Below, piece by piece: positions 28,499 to 39,814 of a stretch of 64,000 nucleotides of DNA. The first letter of the stretch is position 1, and each line of letters begins with the position of its first letter. The position numbers and the translations under genes are program-made. The notes under the pieces were generated by a model that searched no databases, was not told the origin of the DNA, and was given only the letters and a program-made list of their open reading frames with translations. Where the stretch lies: the NCBI GenBank assembly GCA_963815455.1, contig CAWFGO010000001.1, positions 128,001 to 192,000 on the forward strand. Direction: 5' to 3'. The stretch is from an uncultured Verrucomicrobiae bacterium (GTDB taxonomy: Bacteria; Verrucomicrobiota; Verrucomicrobiia; Chthoniobacterales; UBA10450).

Positions 28499-28549
28499 AA
28501 GAGATCGCGATATTGCGAGCTCGCTCACAATTTTATTTTTTGCGAATCG

Positions 28550-28577
28550 TTGACAGTGAGCGGTGTGCTTTTATACT
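28550..28577 (+). promoter_or_regulatory. Sigma70-type promoter of rplI-dnaB
   Basis: TTGACA-N16-TATACT. Confidence 0.65.
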
Positions 28578-28633
28578 CGTGACCCGCGCTTACCGATCAA
28601 AACTTTCTTGAGCGTGGTTTGGAGAAGATCGAC

Positions 28634-29181
28634 ATGCCTTTGACTGAACTTATTCTGACTGAAAACGTGCCCGGGCTGGGTGCTGAAGCCGACGCCGTAA
28701 AGGTGCGCCGCGGTTATGCCCGTAATTATTTACTGCCACAGGGCAAAGCATTCGAGGTTACCCCGGCGGCCATGCGCCAGCTCGATAATCTGAAGAAAAA
28801 ACGAGCCGAACGCGAAGCGCGCGAGCTAAACGAATCGGAAGAACTTGGCCCGGCGAATTGGCAAACTGCGAATCCCACCTTTACGCTGGCGACCGGCGAG
28901 ACTGGAAAAGCATTCGGATCGGTCACCGCGCAGGACATCGTCAACCGGCTCAAGAACGAAATCGGAGCCGAGATCGATCGCCACAAGGTCGTTTTGGAGC
29001 GACCGGTCAAAGATACCGGCGAACATGAAGTGCAAATCAAACTGCATCACGACGTAAGCGCGACTTTAGTTTTGTGGTGAAATCGACGGAAGAACCGAAG
29101 CCCGAGCAAACCGCGGCGGCAGAGCCCGAGAAAAAGCACCGCTCGTTTTTCCGCAGAAAAAAAGAAGAACCAGAAAAATAG
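28634..29181 (+). CDS. rplI: 50S ribosomal protein L9 (several probable indel errors)
   Basis: VKVRRGYARNYLLPQG; GKAFGSVT; C-terminal tail continues in another frame to TAG at 29179-29181. Confidence 0.93.
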
Positions 29182-29184
29182 TTA

Positions 29185-30680
29185 ATGGCGACTCAACCGT
29201 CCTCTCCTTGGAGCGGTGGGAAGCCTCGTAAAGCAGCTGGGAATGGCGCTGGCCGAGGTTCGGCAGCGCGAAGCGGCGAAAATGTTATTCCCATTTCGCC
29301 AACAGGTTCTCGCAGGATATTCACCGCACTCCGCCGCACAGCGTGGAAGCCGAGCAAGGCGTGCTCGGATCGATGCTGATCTCGCCGCGTGAGGCGATCG
29401 GGGAATGCGTCGAAAAAATCAACGAGGAATATTTTTACATTCCCGCGCACCAGACCGTCTACGGCGTCCTGGTCGAGCTTTGGAACGCCGGACAGGCAAT
29501 CGATCTGATTACTTTCACGCAAATACTGCGTGACCGAAACCTGCTCGACGCCATCGGCGGGCCGGCATTTGTGACCAGCCTTTTCACCTTCGTCCCCACG
29601 GCCGCGAACGTCGAATACTACATCGACATCGTCCGCGATAAGTACATCCTGCGCCAAATCATCGCGACCTCTACGGAGAGCGTGCGACGCGCTTTCGAGG
29701 AGCAGGAAGACGTCAGCAATCTGCTCGATGAAGTAGAACAGCAGATTTTCGCCGTGGGCGAGGACCGGTTCAAAGGGCAGATGCTCTCGATGAAGGACCA
29801 GGTGATGGAAGCGATCGAGTCGATCGAGAAACTCTACGAGCGCAAGGGCGGGATCACGGGCATTTCGACCGGCTTCATCGAATTCGATCGAATGACCAGT
29901 GGATTGCATCCGGCGGAAATGATTGTGATCGCGGCGCGCCCAAGCATGGGAAAAACCGCGCTGGTGATGAACATCGCCGAGCACGTGGCTGTCCACGATC
30001 AGCTCCCGGTCGGCGTATTCAGCCTGGAAATGAGCAGCCAGCAGCTCGTGCAACGCCTTCTTTGCTCGCGTGCGCGGGTGAATCTGCAAAAAGTGCGCGA
30101 CGGATTTCTGGCCGAACGCGATTTCCCGAGCCTGACCGCCGCCGCGTCGAAATTGGCCGAAGCGAAGATTTTCATCGATGACAGCGCGGGCCTGAGCATT
30201 CTGGAACTGCGAGCGAAAGCGCGCCGGCTCAAAGCGCAACACGATGTGCAACTTTTGGTGATCGATTATCTGCAATTATTAAGATCGACATCGCGCCGGG
30301 CCCAGGACAATCGACAGCTGGAAATCTCGGAAATTTCCGCAGGACTAAAAGGATTGGCTAAGGAATTGAAAATCCCGGTGATCGTTGTGGCACAATTAAA
30401 TCGCCAACCGGAGCAGCGCACTGGAGGCAAGCCGCGTTTGAGCGATCTGCGTGAATCCGGCTCAATCGAGCAGGACGCCGATCTGGTTGGGTTGCTGGTG
30501 CGTCCGGAACTGTACGAGGAAGACGAAGAAGCCCGAGTCGAGAAATCCGGGGAAGCCGAGTTGATCATCGCCAAGCAGCGCAACGGTCCGGTCGGTGAAA
30601 TTCCGCTCACATTCCTAAAAGAATTCACGCGATTCGAAGATCGTGCCCGCAACGTGAGCGAGCCCGACGAAGCGTTATAA
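29185..30680 (+). CDS. dnaB: Replicative DNA helicase, frameshift near 29310
   Basis: PPHSVEAEQGVLG, AARPSMGKT, IDYLQL, SDLRESGSIEQDAD, IIAKQRNGP. Confidence 0.97.
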
Positions 30681-30825
30681 GGCTCTGGGGAGCGCAGGCT
30701 GCCAGCCTGCGGGTTTCGGCAGCTTGCCGAAACCGGGCATCCACTCGTCCACCGAAAATACCATTGCAAAGATGTTGCCGGCGGGGCCGTCGGCAACTAC
30801 AGGCTGGCAGCCTGTGCTCCCCGGA

Positions 30826-32811
30826 TCAGAGACTTTTGGCTGCGTCGACAACGTGTTGGGCGTCGATGCCGAGCTCCTTCATCACTTGATCGCCCGGGGC
30901 GCTCATGCCGAAGCGGTGCAGACCGATCACTTTCCCATCGAGGCCGACATATTGATCCCAAATTTGAGTGACTCCTGCCTCGATCGCGACACGTTTCCGA
31001 CACGATTTCGGCAAAACCTCATCCCGATACTTTTCCGATTCACGAGCAAACCGTTCGAAGCAGGGCATCGAAACGACGCGGACGCCATCGCCGAGTTCCT
31101 TGGCCGCTGCCAGCGCGTGCTGCAACTCACTTCCGCACGACATGAGGATCAGCTCGAGTTTCCCTTTTTCCTTTCGGGCGATGTAACCGCCCCGGAACAC
31201 ACCCTCGCGCCGCAATTTAACATCGACATCGTTCAGCATCGGAACGGTCTGTCGCGTGAGCGCGAGAAAAGTCGGGCCATCCGTTCGCTGCATGGCGGCG
31301 GCGAACGCGCCGGCTGTCTCCTCCGGATCGGCCGGACGAATCACGTCGATCTGCGGCATCAGACGCACCGAACTCACGGTCTCGACCGGTTCATGGGTGG
31401 GGCCGTCTTCGCCGACGCCGATCGAGTCGTGCGTGAAAATGTAAATATTTGGCAACTTGGAAAGGGCGGCGAGTCGAATGGAGGCGCGGCAATAATCGGT
31501 GAAAACCAGAAAGGTGGCGCCCGACGCGCGAAAAAGTCCGTGGTAGGAAATTCCGTTCATGATTGCGCACATGCCGTGCTCGCGGATCCCGAAATGAATG
31601 TTGCGGCCGCCCGGGGTGTTTCGATTAAAATCCTCTCCGTCCTTGATGTAATTCAGGGTCGATCCGTGGAGATCGGCGCTACCGCTCATGAGCAATGGAA
31701 TCGCCTGGGCGATCGGTTGTAACGCTTCGCTGCCCGCCTTTCGGGTCGCCAGCTTGGCGTCTTTCGGAAACTCCGGAATCTTCGATAAAAGGTCGCCGGG
31801 AATTCTTCGCTCGATGCCGTCATCAAGCATTTTCGCCTTATCGGGATTTTTCTTCCGCCATTCGTTGTAGGTTTTCTCCCAGCGATCGTACTCGGCGACG
31901 AGTTTCTTTTTGTGCTCGGCAAAATAATCGTAGACGTCTTTCGAGACGAAATAATGTTCGTCGGGCAATCCGAGCGCCTTGCGTGCAGCATCGACATATT
32001 TGGCGCCCGCTTCACCGTGGGCCTTGTTGGTTCCGGCCACTTCGGGAATCCCTTTGCCGATCAAGGTATGAGCGACAATAAACTGCGGGCGCCCATTATC
32101 GCGGCGTTTTGCGACCTCGAAGGCATCGAGAAACGCCTGCATATCGTTTCCATCGATTTCCTGAACATCGAAGCCATAGGCCTTAAAACGCGCCGCGGTG
32201 TCCTCGCTTTGCGTCATCTTGGCCATGGCGTCGAGCGTGACGGCGTTGGAATCGTAAATGAGGATCAAATTATCGAGTCCGAAATGACCAGCGAAAGCGC
32301 TCGCTTCGGCGGCCACGCCTTCCTGCAGGCAACCGTCACCGGCGAGACAAACCACGTGTTGATCGAAAATTTTGTGCTCGTCGGTGTTAAAACGCGCGGC
32401 GGCCATTTTCATCGCCACGGCGATGCCCACGGCATTGCCCACACCCTGCCCAAGCGGGCCGGTGGTGCATTCGACACCCGGGGTTTCACCAAACTCAGGA
32501 TGTCCCGGCGTTTTCGAATGCAATTGCCGGAAACGCTTGATCTCCGACATCGGCAAATCGTAGCCGCTCAAGTGCAGCCAGGCGTAGAGAAACATGCTGC
32601 CATGCCCGGCCGAGAGAACGAAGTAATCGCGCCCGATCCAGCGCGGCTTGTCCGGGTTGTGTCTTAGGGCGTAACCGTAAAGGACGGCGCCCATTTCGGC
32701 ACAACCAAGGGGAAGCCCGAGGTGCCCGGATTGCGAAGCCTGCACTGCATCCATGCACAACCCGCGCGCCTGAGTCGCCGCCTTCGAAAGAATTTCGATG
32801 TTCAAACTCAT
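30826..32811 (-). CDS. tkt: Transketolase
   Basis: [40 protein letters not shown]. Confidence 0.97.
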   Translation of the reverse strand: MSLNIEILSKAATQARGLCMDAVQASQSGHLGLPLGCAEMGAVLYGYALRHNPDKPRWIGRDYFVLSAGHGSMFLYAWLHLSGYDLPMSEIKRFRQLHSKTPGHPEFGETPGVECTTGPLGQGVGNAVGIAVAMKMAAARFNTDEHKIFDQHVVCLAGDGCLQEGVAAEASAFAGHFGLDNLILIYDSNAVTLDAMAKMTQSEDTAARFKAYGFDVQEIDGNDMQAFLDAFEVAKRRDNGRPQFIVAHTLIGKGIPEVAGTNKAHGEAGAKYVDAARKALGLPDEHYFVSKDVYDYFAEHKKKLVAEYDRWEKTYNEWRKKNPDKAKMLDDGIERRIPGDLLSKIPEFPKDAKLATRKAGSEALQPIAQAIPLLMSGSADLHGSTLNYIKDGEDFNRNTPGGRNIHFGIREHGMCAIMNGISYHGLFRASGATFLVFTDYCRASIRLAALSKLPNIYIFTHDSIGVGEDGPTHEPVETVSSVRLMPQIDVIRPADPEETAGAFAAAMQRTDGPTFLALTRQTVPMLNDVDVKLRREGVFRGGYIARKEKGKLELILMSCGSELQHALAAAKELGDGVRVVSMPCFERFARESEKYRDEVLPKSCRKRVAIEAGVTQIWDQYVGLDGKVIGLHRFGMSAPGDQVMKELGIDAQHVVDAAKSL

Positions 32812-32921
32812 GGATGATTCATACTCGGTTTCTCGTCGAATTGGAAACGTTGAAATGCGGCAAGCGTGCTTTTTGGCAAAATCGACGGTATGAATGACAT
32901 TCGTGATTGGTCATTCCCGCC

Positions 32922-34046
32922 ATGAATCAACCGATGTTACTTCACATTGTTGAGCGCCTCGAAGGTTTCCTGGGGAAACTCCCCGAGACAATTCGCAAAC
33001 CGATCCTGAGCGAGTTGACTCCGCTCAAAGAACTGTTCCTGCAACAGCGTCCGCCGCGATTCCTCTTCCTCGGATCGAGCACCACGCCGATGCCGCAGCT
33101 TATCGACGGAATCTTTTCAATGAACGAAAAGGAGCAAGTAAGCGTCGCAGTAACACTGGTGCATCGCTGGACCGACTGGAACATTCCCGGTCGCGGCATG
33201 ATGTCGATCCTTGACGCCCGCAACGCAGGGCGAGCCGCCGAAGATCAGATCCGAGACGAGCTGAATCGCCAGCCTCCAGATATCATTTTCTTTCTTGGAA
33301 GCGAGAATTTGGAAGAATTGTCGATCACGAACGAGGCAAAGATTGTCGGGATATCAATCGGACAATCAGATCGCGCGAGCGAGATCAAAAAGGCCCTTAG
33401 CGCGCAACCAGCGGTCCGCGAGCGTTTGCTCACAGTCATTCAACTGACCGGAGAAAGATCGGGCGAGGCAAACCAGCTGATGTCGATCCTGGCTCGCGAG
33501 TTGCCCAACCAAGCCAAGATCGAGATGATCCGGATTTCGCGCGACCGCGAAGCGCAGGAGCACGTCGCGCAGGTACTGGTAAAATCGACAACCGCGATTT
33601 GCACCGCGATCGGCGCGCAGCCCATTCCATTGGCCGACCTGCCAATTCTCACCACGCTTCAACTGGTCATGGTCTCCGGCATCATGTACGTCAGCGGCCG
33701 CGAACGAAGCCTGCGGGCCGCCACGGAATTTGTCGGGGCGCTCGGGGCAAACGTCGGCGCGGGGATGCTGCTGCGGGAGGGAGCCCGCGCCGTCCTGAAG
33801 TTCTTTCCCGGCTGGGGTAACGTGGTCTGCGGCATGGTGGCGGGTGCCGGAACGTATGCCATTGGCCGCGCCGCGATCGCTTATTTCCTCGAAGGCGTTT
33901 CGTTAAAAGATGCCCGGCGGACCTATCTGGCGAGCCGGAAAAAGCGGGCCCGGCCGCGCCCTGGATGGGCCGAAAACGGCCAAAACGACTCGAACCAGGA
34001 AATAATAATCACATCGCCGGTTGATCGATCTCACCGGATTGAATAA
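32922..34046 (+). CDS. YcjF/DUF697-like protein
   Basis: C-terminal AQPIPLADLPILTTLQ..M...I and LKFFPGWG...AGAGTYAIG pattern; N-terminus resembles a GTPase domain without a clear P-loop. Confidence 0.65.
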   Translation: MNQPMLLHIVERLEGFLGKLPETIRKPILSELTPLKELFLQQRPPRFLFLGSSTTPMPQLIDGIFSMNEKEQVSVAVTLVHRWTDWNIPGRGMMSILDARNAGRAAEDQIRDELNRQPPDIIFFLGSENLEELSITNEAKIVGISIGQSDRASEIKKALSAQPAVRERLLTVIQLTGERSGEANQLMSILARELPNQAKIEMIRISRDREAQEHVAQVLVKSTTAICTAIGAQPIPLADLPILTTLQLVMVSGIMYVSGRERSLRAATEFVGALGANVGAGMLLREGARAVLKFFPGWGNVVCGMVAGAGTYAIGRAAIAYFLEGVSLKDARRTYLASRKKRARPRPGWAENGQNDSNQEIIITSPVDRSHRIE

Positions 34047-34128
34047 CTTGTGAATAAGGTGGTCGCTCCAGCGCGTTTTGTTCACACCATTTTGTGAACA
34101 AACGTGGCCGGTTGGCGGCCGCTAAAGG

Positions 34129-35496
34129 ATGACTGTCCATCTTAGTATGACGCTCACGCAAATTAGTAAGACACTCCGGGCAATTCAGGTGTCGCCGGTT
34201 AAATCGCTCGGCCAAAATTTCCTGCACGACCAAAATCTTGCGCGGTGGATTGTCGATCAGGCGGACATTACGCCAGACGATTTCGTTTTGGAAATCGGAC
34301 CCGGCCTGGGGGCGCTGACGGAATTGGTTCTGGAAAAAGGCGCGCAGGTTCTGGCCATCGAGAAGGACACGCGCCTGGCTAATTTCTTGCAGGAACGCCT
34401 CGGCAGTCCGCGCCTGGAAGTGCTCAACACGGATGCGCTCGATTTCGACGTGCTCACGCTATTGGCCAAGCCGCGAGTGAAACTGCTGGGCAATCTTCCT
34501 TACAAGATTTCGAGTCAACTTCTGTTGAAGTTTTTGGAATATCCGAGTCCTATTTATCTGTGGTTGTTTATGTTACAAAAGGAGATGGCGCAGCGTTTTT
34601 CTGCTTCGCCCTCGACCAAAGATTACGGCGCGCTCACCCTGCTGGTCCAATTGCACTACCGTGTCGAACTTCTGCGCGCAGTTCCAGCGACAGTTTTCCT
34701 ACCCGAGCCCGCGGTGGATTCCGCGGTGGTGCGAATCGTCAAGCGCGATCCCGGTGAGCTGCCTGCGCGCGACAACGACTTGTTTGGAAAACTGGTTCGC
34801 TCTGGTTTTTCTCATAGACGAAAGCAGTTACAGAAATTGCTGCGCCCACATGTTCCGCGGTGGCACGAAGCCGCTGAAAGTCTGGGTTTCAATCCGAAAG
34901 CTCGAGCCGAAGAGTTGTCCCTGCTCCAGTGGATTGGCCTGACCAATCTGGCGGCCCCGCCGACGGTGCCTGAGAGGCGTATGCTGCAGCAGGAGCGCTT
35001 CCCGGTGGTTGATGAATCGGACCGAATTCTGCGGTATGCCTACCGGTCGGAAGTGCATGGGAATAACTTGTGCCACCGGGCCGTGCACGTCCTGATTTTC
35101 GACCCGTCCGGCAGGGTTTACCTCCAAAAACGGTCCCGAGAAAAGGATCGATACCCGTTCCGGTGGGATTCGAGCACCGGCGGACACGTTACCGCGGGCG
35201 AAGGCTACGACGAGGCGGCGAAACGCGAGCTTCGGGAGGAGATTGGCATCGCCGTTCCGCTGGAAAAAATAGCCAAGCTCGCGGCCTCCCCGGAGACCGA
35301 CAACGAGTTCATTTGGCTGTACCGCGGTGAACTCCTCGACGAGCTTCATCCCAATCCAACAGAGATCGAGGCCGGCGGCTTTTTCCGGCCGGCAATCGTC
35401 GATGGCTGGATCGCGGCCCGAACGGACGACTTCACCCCTGCATTCCTGGAATGCTGGAAGGCGTACCGCGAGAGAAGCGCGATTAAGGCGGCGTAG
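34129..35496 (+). CDS. rsmA: 16S rRNA m6,2A dimethyltransferase fused to a C-terminal NUDIX (IDI/YfcD-like) domain
   Basis: KSLGQNFL, LEIGPGLG, GNLPY, then HRAVHV..QKRS..KD..P..WD and the NUDIX box GGHVTAGEGYDEAAKRELREEIG. Confidence 0.93.
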   Translation: MTVHLSMTLTQISKTLRAIQVSPVKSLGQNFLHDQNLARWIVDQADITPDDFVLEIGPGLGALTELVLEKGAQVLAIEKDTRLANFLQERLGSPRLEVLNTDALDFDVLTLLAKPRVKLLGNLPYKISSQLLLKFLEYPSPIYLWLFMLQKEMAQRFSASPSTKDYGALTLLVQLHYRVELLRAVPATVFLPEPAVDSAVVRIVKRDPGELPARDNDLFGKLVRSGFSHRRKQLQKLLRPHVPRWHEAAESLGFNPKARAEELSLLQWIGLTNLAAPPTVPERRMLQQERFPVVDESDRILRYAYRSEVHGNNLCHRAVHVLIFDPSGRVYLQKRSREKDRYPFRWDSSTGGHVTAGEGYDEAAKRELREEIGIAVPLEKIAKLAASPETDNEFIWLYRGELLDELHPNPTEIEAGGFFRPAIVDGWIAARTDDFTPAFLECWKAYRERSAIKAA

Positions 35497-35499
35497 CGG

Positions 35500-35739
35500 T
35501 TAACGAAAACCGCCGGAGCGTTTTTTCGGCAGCCTGCGCAAGACGCTCTTCTTAAACTTTCGCGCAGCGCGCCGGGCACCCTCTCTGCCGCCGTGCATGC
35601 TGTCGCTGAACATCTTGGTCACGACCTGCTTACCACGCAGGAAATGGACTTGAAAGCCGTGTGTTTGTTTCTTCGCCCGAGCTTTGGTGTCGATGCGACG
35701 AATATTTTCTTCTGAATCTGGATTAGGACGTTTTCGCAT
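35500..35739 (-). CDS. Small basic protein resembling a stand-alone AP2-type DNA-binding domain
   Basis: NIRRID...THGFQV.F.R....KMFSD..HGGRE.A..AA..F pattern. Confidence 0.55.
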   Translation of the reverse strand: MRKRPNPDSEENIRRIDTKARAKKQTHGFQVHFLRGKQVVTKMFSDSMHGGREGARRAARKFKKSVLRRLPKKRSGGFR

Positions 35740-35777
35740 GGAGAATAACTAGAAAGCTTCGCGAAGGATGCAAGCAA

Positions 35778-36542
35778 TCAATTTAAGTTACGGTCAGATA
35801 AAGACTTGACGGGCGGGGGCAGGTTCCAGGCCCGCCACTTGTTTTGATACTCAGCGGCAGGCAAGAGGGCGTAACAGGGACGCCTCGGCGCACGCAGCAA
35901 AGTGATCAATTTTACGAGATTTTCCTCAGCCATGGTGGTGCAACCCGTCGTCGGCCGATTCACCCCGCGCCGGATATGGAAGAAGATCGCGCTCCCTTCG
36001 CCGGGGACGGGCGGATCCGAATTATGCCGGATTTCGACCAGCCAGCGGTAGGCAAAATCGTTGTGCCTCATTTTCTGCTTTTCGAACCAGGGCGGCGGAT
36101 GCGCGGGATCGTCGATGGTGACAAAGCGGTTGTAATCGGGATTTTTTACGTCGTCGATCCAGGCATCGGCCGTTGTGACCTGATGAAAGGGAAAATCGGC
36201 GCCTTCGGGCAATTGCGCGTCGTAAGTGTAAATGGTCCCAATTCGGAAAACTCCCGCAGGCGCGCGGCCATCTCGCTCTTTCTTGTGAACGCCAGGCTCA
36301 TTCTGGCCGGCCAGACCGGCGCCCCAGGCGAGTCCTTTTCTGCCAAAAAGCGCCGGGAACGGTCCGGCCACGGGCTTCCAATTGCCGCCGCGCGGACGTT
36401 CGAACAATTGCACTTCGCCGCGCATCGAGTCCCAGGTGGGCGCGAGGCCGAGGATAAGTTGCGTGCAATCATCGGGCACCCCATCGGCACAGGCATTGCT
36501 CCCGAGCAGGGCCAGGCACCAGATCGTGGCAAGGCATTTCAT
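35778..36542 (-). CDS. L,D-transpeptidase (YkuD-like) family secreted protein
   Basis: KKERDGRAPAGVF; GSAIFFH......PTTGC catalytic motif; signal peptide. Confidence 0.85.
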   Translation of the reverse strand: MKCLATIWCLALLGSNACADGVPDDCTQLILGLAPTWDSMRGEVQLFERPRGGNWKPVAGPFPALFGRKGLAWGAGLAGQNEPGVHKKERDGRAPAGVFRIGTIYTYDAQLPEGADFPFHQVTTADAWIDDVKNPDYNRFVTIDDPAHPPPWFEKQKMRHNDFAYRWLVEIRHNSDPPVPGEGSAIFFHIRRGVNRPTTGCTTMAEENLVKLITLLRAPRRPCYALLPAAEYQNKWRAWNLPPPVKSLSDRNLN

Positions 36543-36693
36543 AAGTAAAATTCAAGCCATCTCATAAGCGAATCCGTCATTCCGAGAGAAATCGCAAAAG
36601 CCGTTGCAATCCTCCACGGCAATTTCGCGGGATCCTTCGACTTCGCTCAAGATGACAATACCGTCTATTGATTCTGTCCACCTCATTTTCGCG

Positions 36694-38481
36694 ATGAAAA
36701 AATCTACCGCCATCTTGCTGCTCTTTGCGGTGGTGGCGTTCTGCTACGCGCCGGCCATGCGAAATGGTTTCGTCTGGGACGATACCGCGCTGGTCTTACG
36801 CGATCCGTTGATTCGAAGCTGGCGCCTCATACCGGAGGGATTCAACCATTTCCTGTTTACCGACGCCACTGCCTCGGATTTTTACCGCCCGATCCAACGC
36901 CTTGTCTACACGCTCGAATATGCCGCGTTCACTTTCTGGCCGGCACCGTATCATTTGACCAGCATCCTCTGCCACGCCGGAGCTGCATGTGCGCTCTTTG
37001 TCCTTGCTCAAGAACTTCTTCTGGTTTTCGGAATGGATCAGAAAAAACGCGAGCCTATCGCCTTCGTCGCCGCGCTGGTATGGGCGATTCACCCGGTTCA
37101 AAGCGCCGCTGTTATTTACATCTCTGGCCGGGCCGATCCATTGGCGGCCGCGTTCGGATTTCTTGGATTGTATCTGGTCGCCCGAAGTCTGCGAGCAAGC
37201 CGGAGTAAAAGTTGGACGTTGCTCGGCGGCGCAACGGCTGCGTTTCTTCTAAGCGCGCTCAGCAAGGAGACTGGTTTGATTTTTCCGCTGCTCGGCATCG
37301 CGTTCCTCGCCCTTAGGAAAAATTGGATCGACATGTTCAAGGCGGTTGGCGTCGCCGTTTTTGTCGGTGTTGTTTATTTGAGTTTACGCGCGCAACCCGA
37401 GCACGTCCCAATACCCGTCTTGAGCCCGCCACCGCCGCCGTTGGTTCGTCCGATCATCGTGGCCCGCGCGGTCGCGGAATACGCCGGGCTCATTTTGTTT
37501 CCGCTCAATTTACACATGGATCGTGACGTCGAAACGCATCCAAGCGGTTTCAGCGAAGCCAGCTTGAGCGGAGCGGCTTGGCGCGAATTGCAAACGCTCC
37601 TTGGAATCCTGGTCGCAGCGGCGTTCATTTATTGGATGATTCGCGCCCGCCGGCGCAACCCCACCGTATTCGCCTGCTTGATGCTTGCCGCGATCAGCTA
37701 CCTGCCGGTAAGCGGGATTGTAACCCTCAACGCTTCGGTCGCCGAGCATTGGATTTATCTTCCAACGGCGTTTCTGTTTCTGGCAGCAGCGATTCAGTTC
37801 GCCGACTTTTTCAAAACCAAAGAAAGAGCAGTCCGCCTTGCCTCAACGACGATTTTCGCGCTCTGGCTCGTTTTCCTCGGCGCCCGCACATTTCTTCGGA
37901 CGTTCGACTGGAAAGACCAGCGCACCTTTCTGGAGCGGACCATCGCGCATGGCGGAGATTCCGCGCGGATGCTGATCAATCTTGGCAGCCTGGAAATAAA
38001 CGAAGGCAAGCTCGATGACGCGGCTGTACATTTGCACGCTGCCCTGCAAAAAAAACCGGATCAACCATTAGCGGTGATCAACCTGGCCGCGATCGCCTTA
38101 AAGCAAAACGATTTCAAACTGGCGCGACAACTTCTTAACCGCGCAACCGAAATGCCGCCCGTGGCCGCATCGGCCCAGGAATCTCTCGCCGTCCTCGAGC
38201 ACAAGGAAAACGGAAAGGTCGATTTCTTGCGTCTCCATCTGGCGGCGCGAACGGGTCCGGCAAACTGGTCGATCGAGAAACGTTACATTAAGACGCTGGA
38301 CGAAACCGGCGCAACCGGGAAGGCGATTGATGAGTTAGAGCACTGTTTGCGAACCGAATGGTATCGCGCGGAAAGCTGGCAATTACTCAGCCAGTTACTC
38401 AGCAAGACCGGTCACGCCAAAGAAGCCGGCTGGGCTCTGGCGCACGCTAGAAATTACGATGTTCACTTGACCGAGCATTGA
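36694..38481 (+). CDS. TMTC-like membrane glycosyltransferase with C-terminal TPR repeats
   Basis: FVWDD, YRP, HPVQS..V.YISGRAD, LSKE, AEHWIYLP, then TPR helices. Confidence 0.8.
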   Translation: MKKSTAILLLFAVVAFCYAPAMRNGFVWDDTALVLRDPLIRSWRLIPEGFNHFLFTDATASDFYRPIQRLVYTLEYAAFTFWPAPYHLTSILCHAGAACALFVLAQELLLVFGMDQKKREPIAFVAALVWAIHPVQSAAVIYISGRADPLAAAFGFLGLYLVARSLRASRSKSWTLLGGATAAFLLSALSKETGLIFPLLGIAFLALRKNWIDMFKAVGVAVFVGVVYLSLRAQPEHVPIPVLSPPPPPLVRPIIVARAVAEYAGLILFPLNLHMDRDVETHPSGFSEASLSGAAWRELQTLLGILVAAAFIYWMIRARRRNPTVFACLMLAAISYLPVSGIVTLNASVAEHWIYLPTAFLFLAAAIQFADFFKTKERAVRLASTTIFALWLVFLGARTFLRTFDWKDQRTFLERTIAHGGDSARMLINLGSLEINEGKLDDAAVHLHAALQKKPDQPLAVINLAAIALKQNDFKLARQLLNRATEMPPVAASAQESLAVLEHKENGKVDFLRLHLAARTGPANWSIEKRYIKTLDETGATGKAIDELEHCLRTEWYRAESWQLLSQLLSKTGHAKEAGWALAHARNYDVHLTEH

Positions 38482-38493
38482 GCCGGCAGGCAG

Positions 38494-39764
38494 TTAGATC
38501 GACAACCCCTCTTTGGCGGTGGCCGCTTCCACTGCGGCTGTGTCGGCGGCGAGATACTTCATTCCCACCAGCCACAGCAAACCCGCAACCAGCATCATTC
38601 CCGACACCACCAGAAAGGCGACCGTCATGTTCGTGTGCCCGCCAATGAAGCCAATGGCGGGGAACGCTGAAACATCGCCCAGTGCGTGAATTACGAGAAT
38701 GTTCAAAGCGAACGCAGTCGCGCGGACCGCGGGCAGCGACACATTGGCGATGGCAGTGTTTGATGGACCGATATTCAAGAAAGCGAAGAAGACGGAAACA
38801 AAAAGAAATATCCACGCTGCCGGAAACGGCACGTAGAGCATGGTGACAAAAAACGGAAACGCCAGGAGCATTCCGACCCCGGAAACCAGGAAGTAAGCTC
38901 CGCCAAAACGCGCCCGCAATCGATCCGCCAGCCAACCGCCGAGCAGGGTTGAGATCAGACCCGCGCTGGCGGCGATGAAGCCGAAGATTACCTTCCCGGA
39001 AGCGGGCGACTGGCCTCGGTAACGCAAGTATTCAGCCATCCAGAAAGCGAGGCCACCTACGGCAAAAGTCGTGGCCGTTTGAGCAAGCGTGTTGATGACA
39101 TAGGAGCGCGCCCGAAAGATCTCGCGGTAGTCGTGCCAGGTGGCGCGTTGTTTTTTGGCCGTTCAATCCCGCGACTCCGTGGATCTCGTTGCGTAAAGCA
39201 AAGCACGCCGAGCAAGAGACCGGGGGGCGTGACCATGTAAAACACCCATCTCCAACCCAAATGCGCGCTGATTGACCCCGCCAGAACGTAGCCGAGCGCA
39301 CTGCCGACCGGGATTGCCGCGCAAAACATTGCGATGATCCGACCGCGCGTGGCCAATGGAAAATGATCGGCCAGGATCGTGGGCGCTGCCGGCCCGTAAG
39401 CACCCTCGCCGATCCCGACAAGAATTCGCATGCCCACCAGGCACGAAAATGTGGCCGCCAAACCGGAGGCGCCGCTGGCCAGACTCCACAAAATCACGGC
39501 ACATCCTATTATCAGCCACCGCGAAAAACGATCGGCCAGCCAGCCAAGCGCGGGTGCCGCCAGCATGTAGGTAATAAGAAATGCGCTCCCCAAAGCGCCA
39601 GTCGTCGCCATGGCGTTGAGATCGGTCGGCAAGAAGAACGTGTCCCGAATCTCGGGCTCAAGAGCGGCCAGAACCTGCCGGTCGATGTAATTGAAAAGAT
39701 TGATCCCGAGCAAGAGCGCCAGGGCAGTCCACGCGCTGGATGTCGATCTTGGCGTGGATGTCAT
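38494..39764 (-). CDS. MFS transporter (spinster-like), frameshift(s) around 39040-39150
   Basis: INLFNYIDRQ, GWLADRFSR, RILVGIGEGAY, GGWLADR, IHALGD. Confidence 0.88.
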
Positions 39765-39814
39765 GGAATTGCTGATTGCAGATAGATGGCTGCACGCGAA
39801 TTGTAAACTCCAAA

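Noticed and set aside
30724..31722. Long ORFs antisense to tkt, dnaB (29193-30275) and similar, and alternate-frame ORFs such as 7091-8119
   Set aside because: They are shadow frames of GC-rich genes with no recognisable motifs.
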